Shown piece after piece: positions 35,005 through 44,026 of a stretch of DNA of 64,000 bases. The DNA lies in contig OZ245002.1 of NCBI GenBank assembly GCA_965223415.1, positions 160,001-224,000 of the forward strand, given 5' to 3'. Source of the DNA: Myxococcota bacterium. GTDB taxonomy: Bacteria; Myxococcota_A; UBA9160; UBA6930. The translations under genes and the position numbers were made by a program. The notes under the pieces are model-generated. The model was not told where the DNA came from. It worked only from the letters and a program-made list of their open reading frames with translations, and ran no database searches. The stretch's first letter is position 1; each line of letters begins with the position of its first letter.

Positions 35005-36093
35005 TTAGAGGAGATCGCGTCGTCCCGCCTCCCGCAAGAGCGACGCGATCTTCCGAACGTCACCGCTGCGCTCGAGATCCGCCACCAGAAGCGCGTCTCC
35101 CGCATCGATCACGGCCAGGCCGGAAACGCCCAAGAGCACCACGGGGCGGTCCGCCGCCCGAACCAGGTTCCCTTTGGAATCGCAGAGATACGCCTCGCCA
35201 TCTATGACCTTCGTCACATTCCGGCCCACCCCCAGCTCCTCGGCCAGGGACTGCCAGGTGCCCACGTCGCTCCAGCGGAAGCTCGCGGGCAGACACCACA
35301 CCCGACCGCTCCGTTCCAGCACGGCCTTGTCCACCGGCGCCGCCGGGACCCGGCGGTAGACCCGCTCGACGGCGAGGGTGGCCTCCCGGCCGCGCAGGGG
35401 CGCCTCGGCGAGCGGCGCCATGGCCCGGGCGATGGCCGGGGCACCGGCGGAGAGCTCCTCCAGGAAGGTCCCGGCGCGCCAGGCGAAGATCCCCGCGTTC
35501 CACAGGTAGCCGCCGGCGGCGAGCCAGCGCCGGGCCCGGGCCCGATCGGGCTTCTCGACGAAGCGGGCCACCCGGTGCAGACCCCGGTGGGGTGCGCCGA
35601 CCGCCTTGCCGAGCCGGATGTAGCCATAGCCCGTCTCCGGGCGGGTCGGCTCCACACCGAGGGTCACGAGCACCTCCTCGCGAGCCGCCGCCCGGGCGGC
35701 CCGGCGCATCGCGGCGGCGAAGGCGCGGCCGTCCGGGATGCGATGGTCCGCCGAGAGGACGGTCATCACGGCCTCCGGGGCCGACCGCGCGATCCGGTGG
35801 GCGGCCCAGGCGATCGCAGCGGCGGTGTTGCGCATGCGGGGCTCGACGAGCACACGGCTCGCCGGCAGTCCGGCCGCCTTTCGCATTGGCGCCGCGTGGT
35901 CGCGGCCGCAGACCAGCCAGATCTCGTCCGCGAAGCGGGCCGCCCGGGCCAGGGTCTCCTCGAGGAGCGTATGGCCACTGTCGACGCACAGCAGCGGCTT
36001 CGGCCAGGCCTGTCGGGACAGGGGCCAGAAGCGCGTCCCCGCGCCACCGGCCAGCACGACCGCGTGGATCGGAAGCTTCGAGCTCCCGCTCAT
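35005..36093 (-). CDS. manC: Mannose-1-phosphate guanylyltransferase (no PMI domain)
   Basis: VLAGGAGTRFWPLSR..PK, EPRMRNTA, ETGYGYI, FVEKP, WNAGIF, WSDVGTW. Confidence 0.92.
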   Translation of the reverse strand: MSGSSKLPIHAVVLAGGAGTRFWPLSRQAWPKPLLCVDSGHTLLEETLARAARFADEIWLVCGRDHAAPMRKAAGLPASRVLVEPRMRNTAAAIAWAAHRIARSAPEAVMTVLSADHRIPDGRAFAAAMRRAARAAAREEVLVTLGVEPTRPETGYGYIRLGKAVGAPHRGLHRVARFVEKPDRARARRWLAAGGYLWNAGIFAWRAGTFLEELSAGAPAIARAMAPLAEAPLRGREATLAVERVYRRVPAAPVDKAVLERSGRVWCLPASFRWSDVGTWQSLAEELGVGRNVTKVIDGEAYLCDSKGNLVRAADRPVVLLGVSGLAVIDAGDALLVADLERSGDVRKIASLLREAGRRDLL

Positions 36094-37400
36094 CGTCCGA
36101 CGGAGTGGTACTCGAAGCCGGCCGCCTGCATGGGCTTCGGGTCGTAGACGTTGCGCAGGTCCACGACCACGGGACGCCGGAGCTTCTGCCGCACGCGCTC
36201 CAGGTCGAGCATCCGGAACTGGTTCCACTCGGTGACGATCACGACCACGTCGGCGTCTTCGCAGGCCTCGTAGGCGTCCTTGCAGTAGGTGATCTCCGGC
36301 AGGACCTTCGCGGCCTCGCGCATCGCGACCGGATCGAAGGCGCGCACCACCGCGCCCTCGCCGGTGAGCCCCCTGGCGATGTCCACGGCCGGGGCGTCGC
36401 GCATGTCGTCGGTCTCGGGCTTGAAGGAGAGGCCCAGCAGGCCGACGGTCTTGCCGGCGAAGTCGCCGCCGGCGGCGGCGCGGATCTTGTCCACCATGCG
36501 GGTGCGCTGGCGCTCGTTCACCCGGATCACCGCCTCGACGATCTCCAGGTTCTGGCCCTTCTCCCGTGCGAAGAAGGCCGCCGACTGGGTGTCCTTCGGG
36601 AAGCAGCTGCCGCCGAAGCCCGGGCCCGCGTGGAGGAACTTCTTGCCGATCCGGCCGTCGAGGCCGATCCCCCGGGCGAGGGCCTGCACATCGCCGCCGA
36701 TGCCCTCGCACAGGTTCGCGAACTCGTTGATGAAGGAGATCTTGGTGGCGAGGAAGGCGTTCGCCGCGTACTTCGTCAGCTCGGAGGTCGCGATGTTCGT
36801 CATCACGAAGGGCGTCTCGTTCAGGTAGAGCGGACGGTAGAGATCCTTCATGATGGCCATCGCGGCCTCATCGTCGGCGCCGATCACGATTCGGTCGGGG
36901 CGCATGAAGTCGCGGATCGCCGCCCCTTCGCGGAGGAACTCCGGATTGGACGCCACCGAGAAGTCCACCTCACCGCCGGTCGCGTCGATCTCCGCCTGCA
37001 CCAGGTCCCGCACGTGGTAGGAGGTACCGACGGGCACGGTGCTCTTCGTGACGATCACCTTGTAGCCGTTGATCGCCTGGCCGATCTCCCGGGCGACCGC
37101 GTCGACGTAGGAGAGGTCGGTGCTGCCGTCCTCCTGGGGAGGCGTCCCCACGGCGATGAAGATCACCAGGGAGGAGCGGATGGCTTCGGCGGTCTCCGTC
37201 GTGAAGGAGAGCCGCCCTTCCCGCACGTTGCGCACCACCAGATCGTCGAGCCCGGGCTCGTAGATGGGGATCTCGCCCCGCTCGAGCATCTCGATCTTCT
37301 GGGCGTCCTTGTCGGCGCAGATCACCTTGACGCCGAACTCGGCGAAGCACGCGCCCGTCACCAGGCCCACGTATCCGGTCCCGATCACGCAGACGTTCAT
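36090..37400 (-). CDS. ugd: UDP-glucose/GDP-mannose dehydrogenase
   Basis: GTGYVG, KSTVPVGT, SNPEFLREG, GFGGSCFPKD, FKPETDDMR. Confidence 0.93.
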   Translation of the reverse strand: MNVCVIGTGYVGLVTGACFAEFGVKVICADKDAQKIEMLERGEIPIYEPGLDDLVVRNVREGRLSFTTETAEAIRSSLVIFIAVGTPPQEDGSTDLSYVDAVAREIGQAINGYKVIVTKSTVPVGTSYHVRDLVQAEIDATGGEVDFSVASNPEFLREGAAIRDFMRPDRIVIGADDEAAMAIMKDLYRPLYLNETPFVMTNIATSELTKYAANAFLATKISFINEFANLCEGIGGDVQALARGIGLDGRIGKKFLHAGPGFGGSCFPKDTQSAAFFAREKGQNLEIVEAVIRVNERQRTRMVDKIRAAAGGDFAGKTVGLLGLSFKPETDDMRDAPAVDIARGLTGEGAVVRAFDPVAMREAAKVLPEITYCKDAYEACEDADVVVIVTEWNQFRMLDLERVRQKLRRPVVVDLRNVYDPKPMQAAGFEYHSVGR

Positions 37401-37426
37401 CGAGTGTCTCCCCCCAGGGCGCTCAT
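37397..37426 (-). CDS. Putative 9-aa nano-ORF MSALGGDTR, ATGA-coupled at both ends
   Basis: ATG overlaps the preceding stop; its TGA overlaps the ugd ATG. Confidence 0.45.
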   Translation of the reverse strand: MSALGGDTR

Positions 37427-37452
37427 CGGGCGTCGCCCCCGAAGACGCTCAT
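37423..37452 (-). CDS. Putative 9-aa nano-ORF MSVFGGDAR, ATGA-coupled at both ends
   Basis: ATG overlaps the epimerase stop; its TGA overlaps the next nano-ORF ATG. Confidence 0.45.
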   Translation of the reverse strand: MSVFGGDAR

Positions 37453-38402
37453 CGAGCGTCGCCCCCGGCTTGCACCTTACGGAAATGGTCCATCGTGTGC
37501 CCCAGGCCAGCCTCGATCGAGGTGGCCGCCTCGAAGCCCAGGAGCTCCCGGGCGCGGGCGACGTCCGCCTGGCTGTCCCGCACATCGCCGGCCCGGGCCG
37601 GCTGGTGGACCGGGTCCACACCGCCCCCGCACAGCTCGCGAACGTGCCTCAACAGCTGGTTCAGGCTGATGCGCCCGCCGCCCGCCACGTTCATCACCTG
37701 GCCCACCGCGGGCTCGGCATCCGCCGCCAGCACGTTGGCCTCGACCACGTCCGCGACGTAGGTGAAATCCCGGGTCTGCTCGCCGTCGCCGAAGATCTGG
37801 GCCGGGCGTCCATCCAGGCAGGCGGTGACGAACTTCGGGATCACGGCGGCGTACTCGCTGTCCGGGTTCTGCCGCGGCCCGTACACGTTGAAGTAGCGGA
37901 GCGCGACCGTCTCGAGGCCGTAGAGCTCGGTGTAGAGGCGGCAGTACTGCTCGCCGGCGATCTTCTGGAGCGCGTAGGGCGACAGCGGCATCGGCGGCAT
38001 GGTCTCGACCTTCGGCAGCACCGGCGTGTCACCGTAGGCCGAGGAGGATGCCGCGAAGACCACACGCCGTACGCCGGCCCGGCGCGCCTGCTCGAGCACG
38101 GCCAGGGTCCCGTTCACGTTGACGTCGTTCGTGCGCTCCGGCTCGGCCACGCTCCGGGGCACCGAGGGCACCGCCGCCTCGTGGAACACGACCTCCACGC
38201 CGGCCACGGCCCGGGCCAGCAGGCTGCGATCCCGCACGTCCCCTTCGATCAGCTCCAGGCCCTGGCCGAAGCCGGCCAGGTTCTCGCGCCGGCCGCTCGA
38301 GAGGTCGTCGAGAACGCGCACCTCGCAGCCCAGGGCGAGAAGGCGCTCGGCCAGGTGACTCCCGATGAAGCCGGCGCCTCCGGTGACGAGTACGCGCCTC
38401 AT
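37449..38402 (-). CDS. NAD-dependent nucleotide-sugar epimerase/dehydratase (extended SDR)
   Basis: TGGAGFIGS, SVPRS, YALQK (YxxxK), RYFNVYGPRQ, GDGEQTRDF. Confidence 0.93.
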   Translation of the reverse strand: MRRVLVTGGAGFIGSHLAERLLALGCEVRVLDDLSSGRRENLAGFGQGLELIEGDVRDRSLLARAVAGVEVVFHEAAVPSVPRSVAEPERTNDVNVNGTLAVLEQARRAGVRRVVFAASSSAYGDTPVLPKVETMPPMPLSPYALQKIAGEQYCRLYTELYGLETVALRYFNVYGPRQNPDSEYAAVIPKFVTACLDGRPAQIFGDGEQTRDFTYVADVVEANVLAADAEPAVGQVMNVAGGGRISLNQLLRHVRELCGGGVDPVHQPARAGDVRDSQADVARARELLGFEAATSIEAGLGHTMDHFRKVQAGGDAR

Positions 38403-38434
38403 CGGGCACCGCCGGTGACGAGTGCCTTCCTCAT
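38399..38434 (-). CDS. Putative 11-aa nano-ORF MRKALVTGGAR, resembling the epimerase N-terminus
   Basis: ATGA overlaps with both the gmd stop and the epimerase start. Matches the downstream MRRVLVTGGAG. Confidence 0.45.
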   Translation of the reverse strand: MRKALVTGGAR

Positions 38435-39435
38435 CGGGTGCCCGGTCCGCCCCGCCGGCGGCCGGTCTGGGCCTCCTGGGCCTCGAGATCGGCTTCGACC
38501 ATCACCCGCACGAGCTCCTCGAAGGGCGTCGTCGCGCGCCAGCCCAGCTCCTCCCGGGCCTTGGTCGGGTCCGCCAGCAGGGTCTCGACCTCCGCCGGCC
38601 GCAGGAAGGCCGGATCGACGCCCACGAAGTCCGCCGGGTCGAGACCGACGTGGGCGAAGGCCACATCGACGAACTCCTGGGGCGTGTGCTGCTCGCCGGT
38701 GCCGACGACGTAGTCCGCCGGCGTGTCCTGCTGGAGCATGCGCCACATGGCGTCGACGTACTCGCGCGCGTAGCCCCAATCCCGTTTCGAGTCCAGGTTG
38801 CCGAGGGGCAGCTCGTCGATCAGGCCGAGCTTGATCTTCGCCACGTGCTCGCTGATCTTGCGCGTCACGAACTCGCGTCCCCGCCGCGGCGACTCGTGGT
38901 TGAAGAGAATGCCGCTCACCGCGAAGAGGTCGTAGCTCTCCCGGTAGTTCACCGTGATGAAGTGCCCGTAGACCTTCGCCACCCCGTAGGGGCTGCGTGG
39001 ATAGAAGGGTGTGGCCTCGTTCTGGGGCGTCTCCAGCACCTTGCCGTACATCTCGGAGCTCGAGGCCTGGTAGAAGCGGATCGTCGGGTCGACGTTGCGC
39101 ACGGCCTCGAGCACCCGCGTCACGCCCAGGGCGGTGAACTCGCCGGTCAGGGTCGGCTGGACCCAGGAGGTGGGCACGAAGGACTGGGCTGCCAGGTTGT
39201 AGAGCTCGGCGGGTCGGACCTCCTGCACCAGGGACACGAGGGAGATCTGGTCGAGCAGATCGGCCTGGTGGAGCGTGATCTTGTCGCGCAGGTGGTGGAT
39301 GCGCTCGAAGTTCTCGGTGCTGGAGCGGCGCACGACGCCGTGCACCTCGTAGCCCTTGTCGAGCAGCAGCTCGGCCAGGTAGGAGCCGTCTTGCCCGGTG
39401 ATGCCCGTGATCAGGGCACGTCCCTCTGTCGTCAC
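38431..39435 (-). CDS. gmd: GDP-mannose 4,6-dehydratase
   Basis: GITGQDGSYL, YNLAAQS, YQASSSE, PRSPYGVAK, NHESPRRG, RDWG. GTG at 39435. Confidence 0.95.
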   Translation of the reverse strand: MTTEGRALITGITGQDGSYLAELLLDKGYEVHGVVRRSSTENFERIHHLRDKITLHQADLLDQISLVSLVQEVRPAELYNLAAQSFVPTSWVQPTLTGEFTALGVTRVLEAVRNVDPTIRFYQASSSEMYGKVLETPQNEATPFYPRSPYGVAKVYGHFITVNYRESYDLFAVSGILFNHESPRRGREFVTRKISEHVAKIKLGLIDELPLGNLDSKRDWGYAREYVDAMWRMLQQDTPADYVVGTGEQHTPQEFVDVAFAHVGLDPADFVGVDPAFLRPAEVETLLADPTKAREELGWRATTPFEELVRVMVEADLEAQEAQTGRRRGGPGTR

Positions 39436-40523
39436 TGGATCTCTCCTTCTGCCGGCTCGACCGGGGTGTGCTCCTCCTCCGGGACCCCACCGTCCAGGAT
39501 GCCGAGGTTGCGGACGATGCGGTACGTGAGCAGTGCGATCACGGCCAGGAACACGATCACCGCGTTGCCCTGGAGCCGGGTGAAGGAGACCGCGATCAGG
39601 CAGAAGCACGCGGTGAGGAAATAGATCGAGAGCACCGCCTGGCGTTGGGAGCCTTCGTGCTCCTTCAACAGGCGATGGTGCAGGTGCATCTTGTCGGCTT
39701 GCATGATGTGGGTGCGGTGCCGAAGGCGCCGCACGATCGAGAGGGTGGTGTCCAGGAGCGGAACGGCGAGGGCCAGGAGCGGCACCAGGAAGGTCAGCAG
39801 GGTGACCCTTCCGTAGCCCTCCAAGGCCAGGAGCGAGAGGCTGTAGCCGATGAAGAGCGCGCCGGTATCCCCGAGGAACATCCGCGCCGGCGGGAAGTTG
39901 TAGGGAAGGAATCCCAGAAGCGCACCCACCAGCACCAGGCCGAGTGCGACGCCGGGCGGGTGACCGGTCTGCCAGGCGATGACCGTGAGCGTGGCTGCGA
40001 TGATGGCCGAGACGCCGGTGCACAGACCGTCCAGACCGTCGATCAGGTTGACGGAGTTCGTCACGATGACGATCCAGGCCGTGGTCACGGCCCACGAGAG
40101 CCAGATCGGGAACTCGAGCACCGCCGCGTCGATGGGGCTCGAGACGTGATCGATCTTGTAGCCGGACTGGATGGCGATCGCGGCGGCACCGATCTGCACG
40201 ACCAGCTTCGGCCAGGCGCCGAGCCCCCAGCGGTCGTCGACGATGCCGAGCGCGAGCACGAGCAGGCCGCCGGCCAGGAGGCCCTCGATGCGGGGCGCCA
40301 CCTCGCCGGGATCGGGGTGGCTGAGCAGGACCGCCGCCAGCCCGGCGAGCACGCCCGTGGCCACGGCAACGCCGCCCAGCAGGGGGATGTTCTCCCGCTT
40401 GTTCACCTTCCGCTCGCTGGGCCGGTCGATCACGCCGAAGGCGAGCGCGAGCCGCGACACCAGCGGCGTCGACGTGGCCGCGAAGACCACGGCCAGAAGG
40501 AATGCGATCGGGGCCCAGATCAC
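39432..40523 (-). CDS. WecA/TagO-like undecaprenyl-phosphate HexNAc-1-P transferase (MraY family)
   Basis: Multiple TM helices. GIVDD, NLIDGLDGL, FLGDTG, DKMHLHH. Confidence 0.9.
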   Translation of the reverse strand: MIWAPIAFLLAVVFAATSTPLVSRLALAFGVIDRPSERKVNKRENIPLLGGVAVATGVLAGLAAVLLSHPDPGEVAPRIEGLLAGGLLVLALGIVDDRWGLGAWPKLVVQIGAAAIAIQSGYKIDHVSSPIDAAVLEFPIWLSWAVTTAWIVIVTNSVNLIDGLDGLCTGVSAIIAATLTVIAWQTGHPPGVALGLVLVGALLGFLPYNFPPARMFLGDTGALFIGYSLSLLALEGYGRVTLLTFLVPLLALAVPLLDTTLSIVRRLRHRTHIMQADKMHLHHRLLKEHEGSQRQAVLSIYFLTACFCLIAVSFTRLQGNAVIVFLAVIALLTYRIVRNLGILDGGVPEEEHTPVEPAEGEIQ

Positions 40524-40546
40524 GTTCGGGGGGATCTCGTCTTCGG

Positions 40547-41458
40547 TCAGGCGAGCTGGCGAGCGTAGGGCCCGTAGGCCTCGCCCTCGTCGGCTCCGTT
40601 GAACACCACTCCGAGGATCTTGCGGCGATCCAGGACCTCGATGGCCGCAGCCGCTTCGGCTTCGGGCGTGAGATCGGCCCGGACGACGAAGATCACGCCG
40701 TCGCAGAGCTCGCTCACCGTCTTCGCGTCGGGCAGGCCCAGGGTGCAGGGCATGTCCAGGATCACGCGGTCGTAGCGGCCCGCCAGCTCCTCGAGGAGCG
40801 ACGCCATCTCCTGGGAGTCGAGCAGCTCGGCCGGGTTCGAGGGGATCTTGCGAACCGGAAGGACGTCGAGCTCGGAGCCGTCCACGCGGAGGATGGCCTC
40901 GCCCAGGTTCGCCTCGCCGGCGAGCACCTCGGCGAGGCCGGCGTCGGGGCGCAATCCTAGGGAGCGATGGACGGCGGGAAGCCGCAGGTCGCAGTCGACG
41001 AGCAGCACGCGCCGGTCGACGCTCATCGAGGTGACGACCGCCAGGGAAAGGGAGGACAGGGTCTTGCCCTCCCCGGCGCGGGCACTGGTCACGGCGAGGG
41101 TGCGGACGGGCGAGGTGGCGGCGATCGCGTCGATTCGCGCGCGCAGCGTGCGGAACTGCTCGGCCACGTAGGACTCGGGCTGCAGCAGGGCGATCCGTCG
41201 CTTGTTGAACTCGGCGGCGGAATCCTGCGGCAATGCGTCGGAGCGCTGGAAGAGGCGGGCGAGCCAGCCAGGCTTCGGCGCGGCGAGCGGCGCCGCCGCC
41301 GCAGACCGGGCGGCCGCGGGAACCGCAGCAGCGGGTGCCGGCGGCCGTGCCGCGGCGGGCTCGGGCAGCACCGGGGCAGCCGGCGCGCTCGCCACTTCGT
41401 TGACGTTCCTCGCTCGTTGCTCCTCCGCGCGTCGGAGAGCGTCGTACACCTTTCCCAT
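40547..41458 (-). CDS. CpsD/CapB-family BY-kinase (Wze-like)
   Basis: EQFRTLR, Walker A GEGKT, LVDCDLR, ILDMP. ATG at 41458, alternative GTG at 41461. Confidence 0.9.
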   Translation of the reverse strand: MGKVYDALRRAEEQRARNVNEVASAPAAPVLPEPAAARPPAPAAAVPAAARSAAAAPLAAPKPGWLARLFQRSDALPQDSAAEFNKRRIALLQPESYVAEQFRTLRARIDAIAATSPVRTLAVTSARAGEGKTLSSLSLAVVTSMSVDRRVLLVDCDLRLPAVHRSLGLRPDAGLAEVLAGEANLGEAILRVDGSELDVLPVRKIPSNPAELLDSQEMASLLEELAGRYDRVILDMPCTLGLPDAKTVSELCDGVIFVVRADLTPEAEAAAAIEVLDRRKILGVVFNGADEGEAYGPYARQLA

Positions 41459-42366
41459 CACATTCCCCCTGTCTGACGCGACCGCAGCCAGCCGAGCAGG
41501 CGGCGTGGCTGGCGGGGCGCCTGGGTGGATTCGTCGGCCGCGCTCGTCTCGCGGTCGGTCGGCGTGAGATCCAGATCCCGGGCGACCTCGCGGATCGCGT
41601 CGGCACCGAGGATCTCCTGATCGCGACCGAAGCCGAGCAGCAGGGCTCCGTCGCAGACGATGTTGATCAGCCGCGGTGTCCCTTCGGTCACCCGGTGGAG
41701 CTCCCGCAGCGCGGCCTTCTTGAAGATGCCCTTGCCCGTGTAGCCGGCCAGCCGCAGTCGCTCTTCGACGTAGTCGGTGCACTCCTGCTCGGTGAACGGG
41801 CGGAGCCGGTGGCGCAGCACGATGCGCTGGCGGAGCTGCCGGAGCTCCGGGCGCGAGAGCATCTCCCACAGCTCCGGCTGACCGACCAGCATGATCTGGA
41901 TCAGCTTCGAGGTGGGCGTCTCGAGGTTCGAGAGCAGCCGGATCTCCTCGAGCATCTCCGGGGAGAGGTTCTGGGCCTCGTCCACGATCAGGAGCGTCGA
42001 GAGGTTCTTGCCGAGCCGATCGATCAGGAAGTGATTCAGTGTCAGGAGGTACTCGGCCTTGGTCCTGCACTCCTTCTCGATGCCGAACTCGTCGAACATC
42101 ACGTGGAAGAAGTCGAGGGGCTGCAGCCGGGGATTGAAGATGAAGGCCGAGAGGGTGTCCCGATCGAGCTGGGAGAGGAGCGCATGCAAAAGGGTCGTCT
42201 TGCCGGTCCCCACCTCGCCGGTGAGAAGGACGAAGCCCTTTCGCGCCTGCACACCGTAGACGAGCGTCGCCAGCCCCTCGCGGTGGGCGTCGCCCAGGTA
42301 GAGGAACGCCGGGTCCGGCGTCATCTCGAACGGGCTGCGAACCAGGCCGTAGTGCTCGTGATACAT
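41458..42366 (-). CDS. ExeA-like AAA ATPase (EPS/exosortase-locus type)
   Basis: PFEMTPDP, GEVGTGKTT, VDEAQ, VGQPEL, GTPRLIN. Confidence 0.9.
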   Translation of the reverse strand: MYHEHYGLVRSPFEMTPDPAFLYLGDAHREGLATLVYGVQARKGFVLLTGEVGTGKTTLLHALLSQLDRDTLSAFIFNPRLQPLDFFHVMFDEFGIEKECRTKAEYLLTLNHFLIDRLGKNLSTLLIVDEAQNLSPEMLEEIRLLSNLETPTSKLIQIMLVGQPELWEMLSRPELRQLRQRIVLRHRLRPFTEQECTDYVEERLRLAGYTGKGIFKKAALRELHRVTEGTPRLINIVCDGALLLGFGRDQEILGADAIREVARDLDLTPTDRETSAADESTQAPRQPRRLLGWLRSRQTGGM

Positions 42367-42384
42367 GGCGTCCTCGCGCTCCGC

Positions 42385-44007
42385 TTACTCGGCGGCCGGA
42401 GCGTCGGCCTCCTCTTCCGCCCCGCCCGTCAGCTCGGTCAGCACGCCGGGGAGCCCGTTGACGTACCAGTTGCCCGCCACCGCGGCGACGAGCACGACGC
42501 CGGTCACCATCGACGCGGCCAGGGCCGCCCGGAAGCGGCGGCGCCGGGCGACGGCGCGGTCCGACGCCAGGAGCACGTTCGGGACCGAGGCCAGGACCGG
42601 AATCCCCAGCCGCTCCTGGAGCAACCGCGGGTCGTGGAACGAGCCGTCGCCGGCCTCCGCGAGCAGGGCCGCGCCGAGGCCGAGGGCCAGGCCCAGCACC
42701 ACGCTCATGACGAAGATCACCGGGCGGTTCGGCGACGCGACCTCCTCCTCGGGGACCGCTTCCTCGAGGACCCGGAACTTCTCGCCCTTCTGGCGGCGCT
42801 CCATGTCTGCGGCCACCGAGGCCTCGAGGCGCTTGCCGCTGTAGTCCTGGTAGCTGTTGAAGAGGTGCTCGTGCTCGCGCTCGAGGGCGGCGAGTTGCTC
42901 GGCCACGCGAGGCGTATTGGCCAGGTTGCTCTCGATCGCGTCGACCTGGGCGCGCAGGCGCTCGAGCTCGCCGCGGGTCGCCGCAGCGCGGAGGGCAGCG
43001 CGGCTCTGCTCGCTCTTCGCGTTCTGCTGGGCGATCGAGAGCTCAGAGTCGTCCTTGGAGGAATCCTCCTGCGCGAGCTTGGCCTCGAGCTCGGCGATCT
43101 CCGCGCGGGCCGAGATCATGTCCGGGTGCTTCTCGGTGTAGCGGCGGGACTGGTATTCGCTGAGCTGGAGGCGGAGGAGCTCGAGGCGCCGCTCCGGCGT
43201 CATCTCGTTGCCCCGGAACTTGTAGAAGTCCGTCGCGCCGGTGATCACCTGCTGGCCGTAGAACGCCTCGTCGCTCTCAGCGATGGCGAGATCCCGCTGG
43301 GCGTCCCGGATCTGCCCCAGGATGCGCTCGTGGAGCCGCTGGTTCGCGGGCAGATCCTCCGGGAGAGCGCCCGTGTTGGCCCCCTTCACTTCGGCGATGC
43401 GAGATTCGATCACTGCGATCTGCTCGGCGAGCCGCGTGAGCTCCGTATCGATGAACTCGGAGGTATCGCTCGAGGCGCGGGTCCGCTCGCGGATGTGCTC
43501 GTCGACGAAGGACCGTGCCAGCCTATTGGCCACGTCCGCCGAGGCCTTGCGATCCCGGTGGCGGAAGGCGAGTTGGAAGGTGTTGATCTGGACCTGCTGG
43601 TTCTTGATCCCGGCACGAGCCTCGAGCTCCGAGAGCAGGGGCACGACCGTGATCTCGTCCCGCATCCTCTCGATGATCTCCTCCCGGGTGTAGTCCTTGG
43701 ACTCGTCCGGGTAGACGTCGAGATCGTCGATGATCTTGGAGAGCCGCGGCCGGGAGAGGATCTGCATCTGGATCAGGTGCAGACGGCTGTTCAGGTCGGT
43801 GTCCTCGAGGTTCGACTCGACCAGCTCGCTGGAGATCGTCTGGGGCTCGATCAGCAGGATCGCCTTCGACTCGTACTCGTCGGGCATCCACGCCGACACG
43901 AGCACGGCCAGTAGCACGATCGCGCCCGAGACCCCTGCGATGAGGCCGAAACGGCGCTTCAGGATGCGCGTCAGATCGCCGAGCTGGAAGCCCTGTTCAC
44001 TGTTCAT
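42385..44007 (-). CDS. Polysaccharide co-polymerase / chain-length determinant (Wzc/GumC-like)
   Basis: N-terminal TM, coiled coil, YTEKHPD, PNRP followed by a TM, LGIPVLASVP. Confidence 0.88.
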   Translation of the reverse strand: MNSEQGFQLGDLTRILKRRFGLIAGVSGAIVLLAVLVSAWMPDEYESKAILLIEPQTISSELVESNLEDTDLNSRLHLIQMQILSRPRLSKIIDDLDVYPDESKDYTREEIIERMRDEITVVPLLSELEARAGIKNQQVQINTFQLAFRHRDRKASADVANRLARSFVDEHIRERTRASSDTSEFIDTELTRLAEQIAVIESRIAEVKGANTGALPEDLPANQRLHERILGQIRDAQRDLAIAESDEAFYGQQVITGATDFYKFRGNEMTPERRLELLRLQLSEYQSRRYTEKHPDMISARAEIAELEAKLAQEDSSKDDSELSIAQQNAKSEQSRAALRAAATRGELERLRAQVDAIESNLANTPRVAEQLAALEREHEHLFNSYQDYSGKRLEASVAADMERRQKGEKFRVLEEAVPEEEVASPNRPVIFVMSVVLGLALGLGAALLAEAGDGSFHDPRLLQERLGIPVLASVPNVLLASDRAVARRRRFRAALAASMVTGVVLVAAVAGNWYVNGLPGVLTELTGGAEEEADAPAAE

Positions 44008-44026
44008 GCTGTCCTCGCTTTCCGAG

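Noticed and set aside
37397..37470. CRISPR mini-array
   Set aside because: The period is only 26 nt with ~8-nt variable parts, the repeats are gene-junction sequence, and there are no cas genes.
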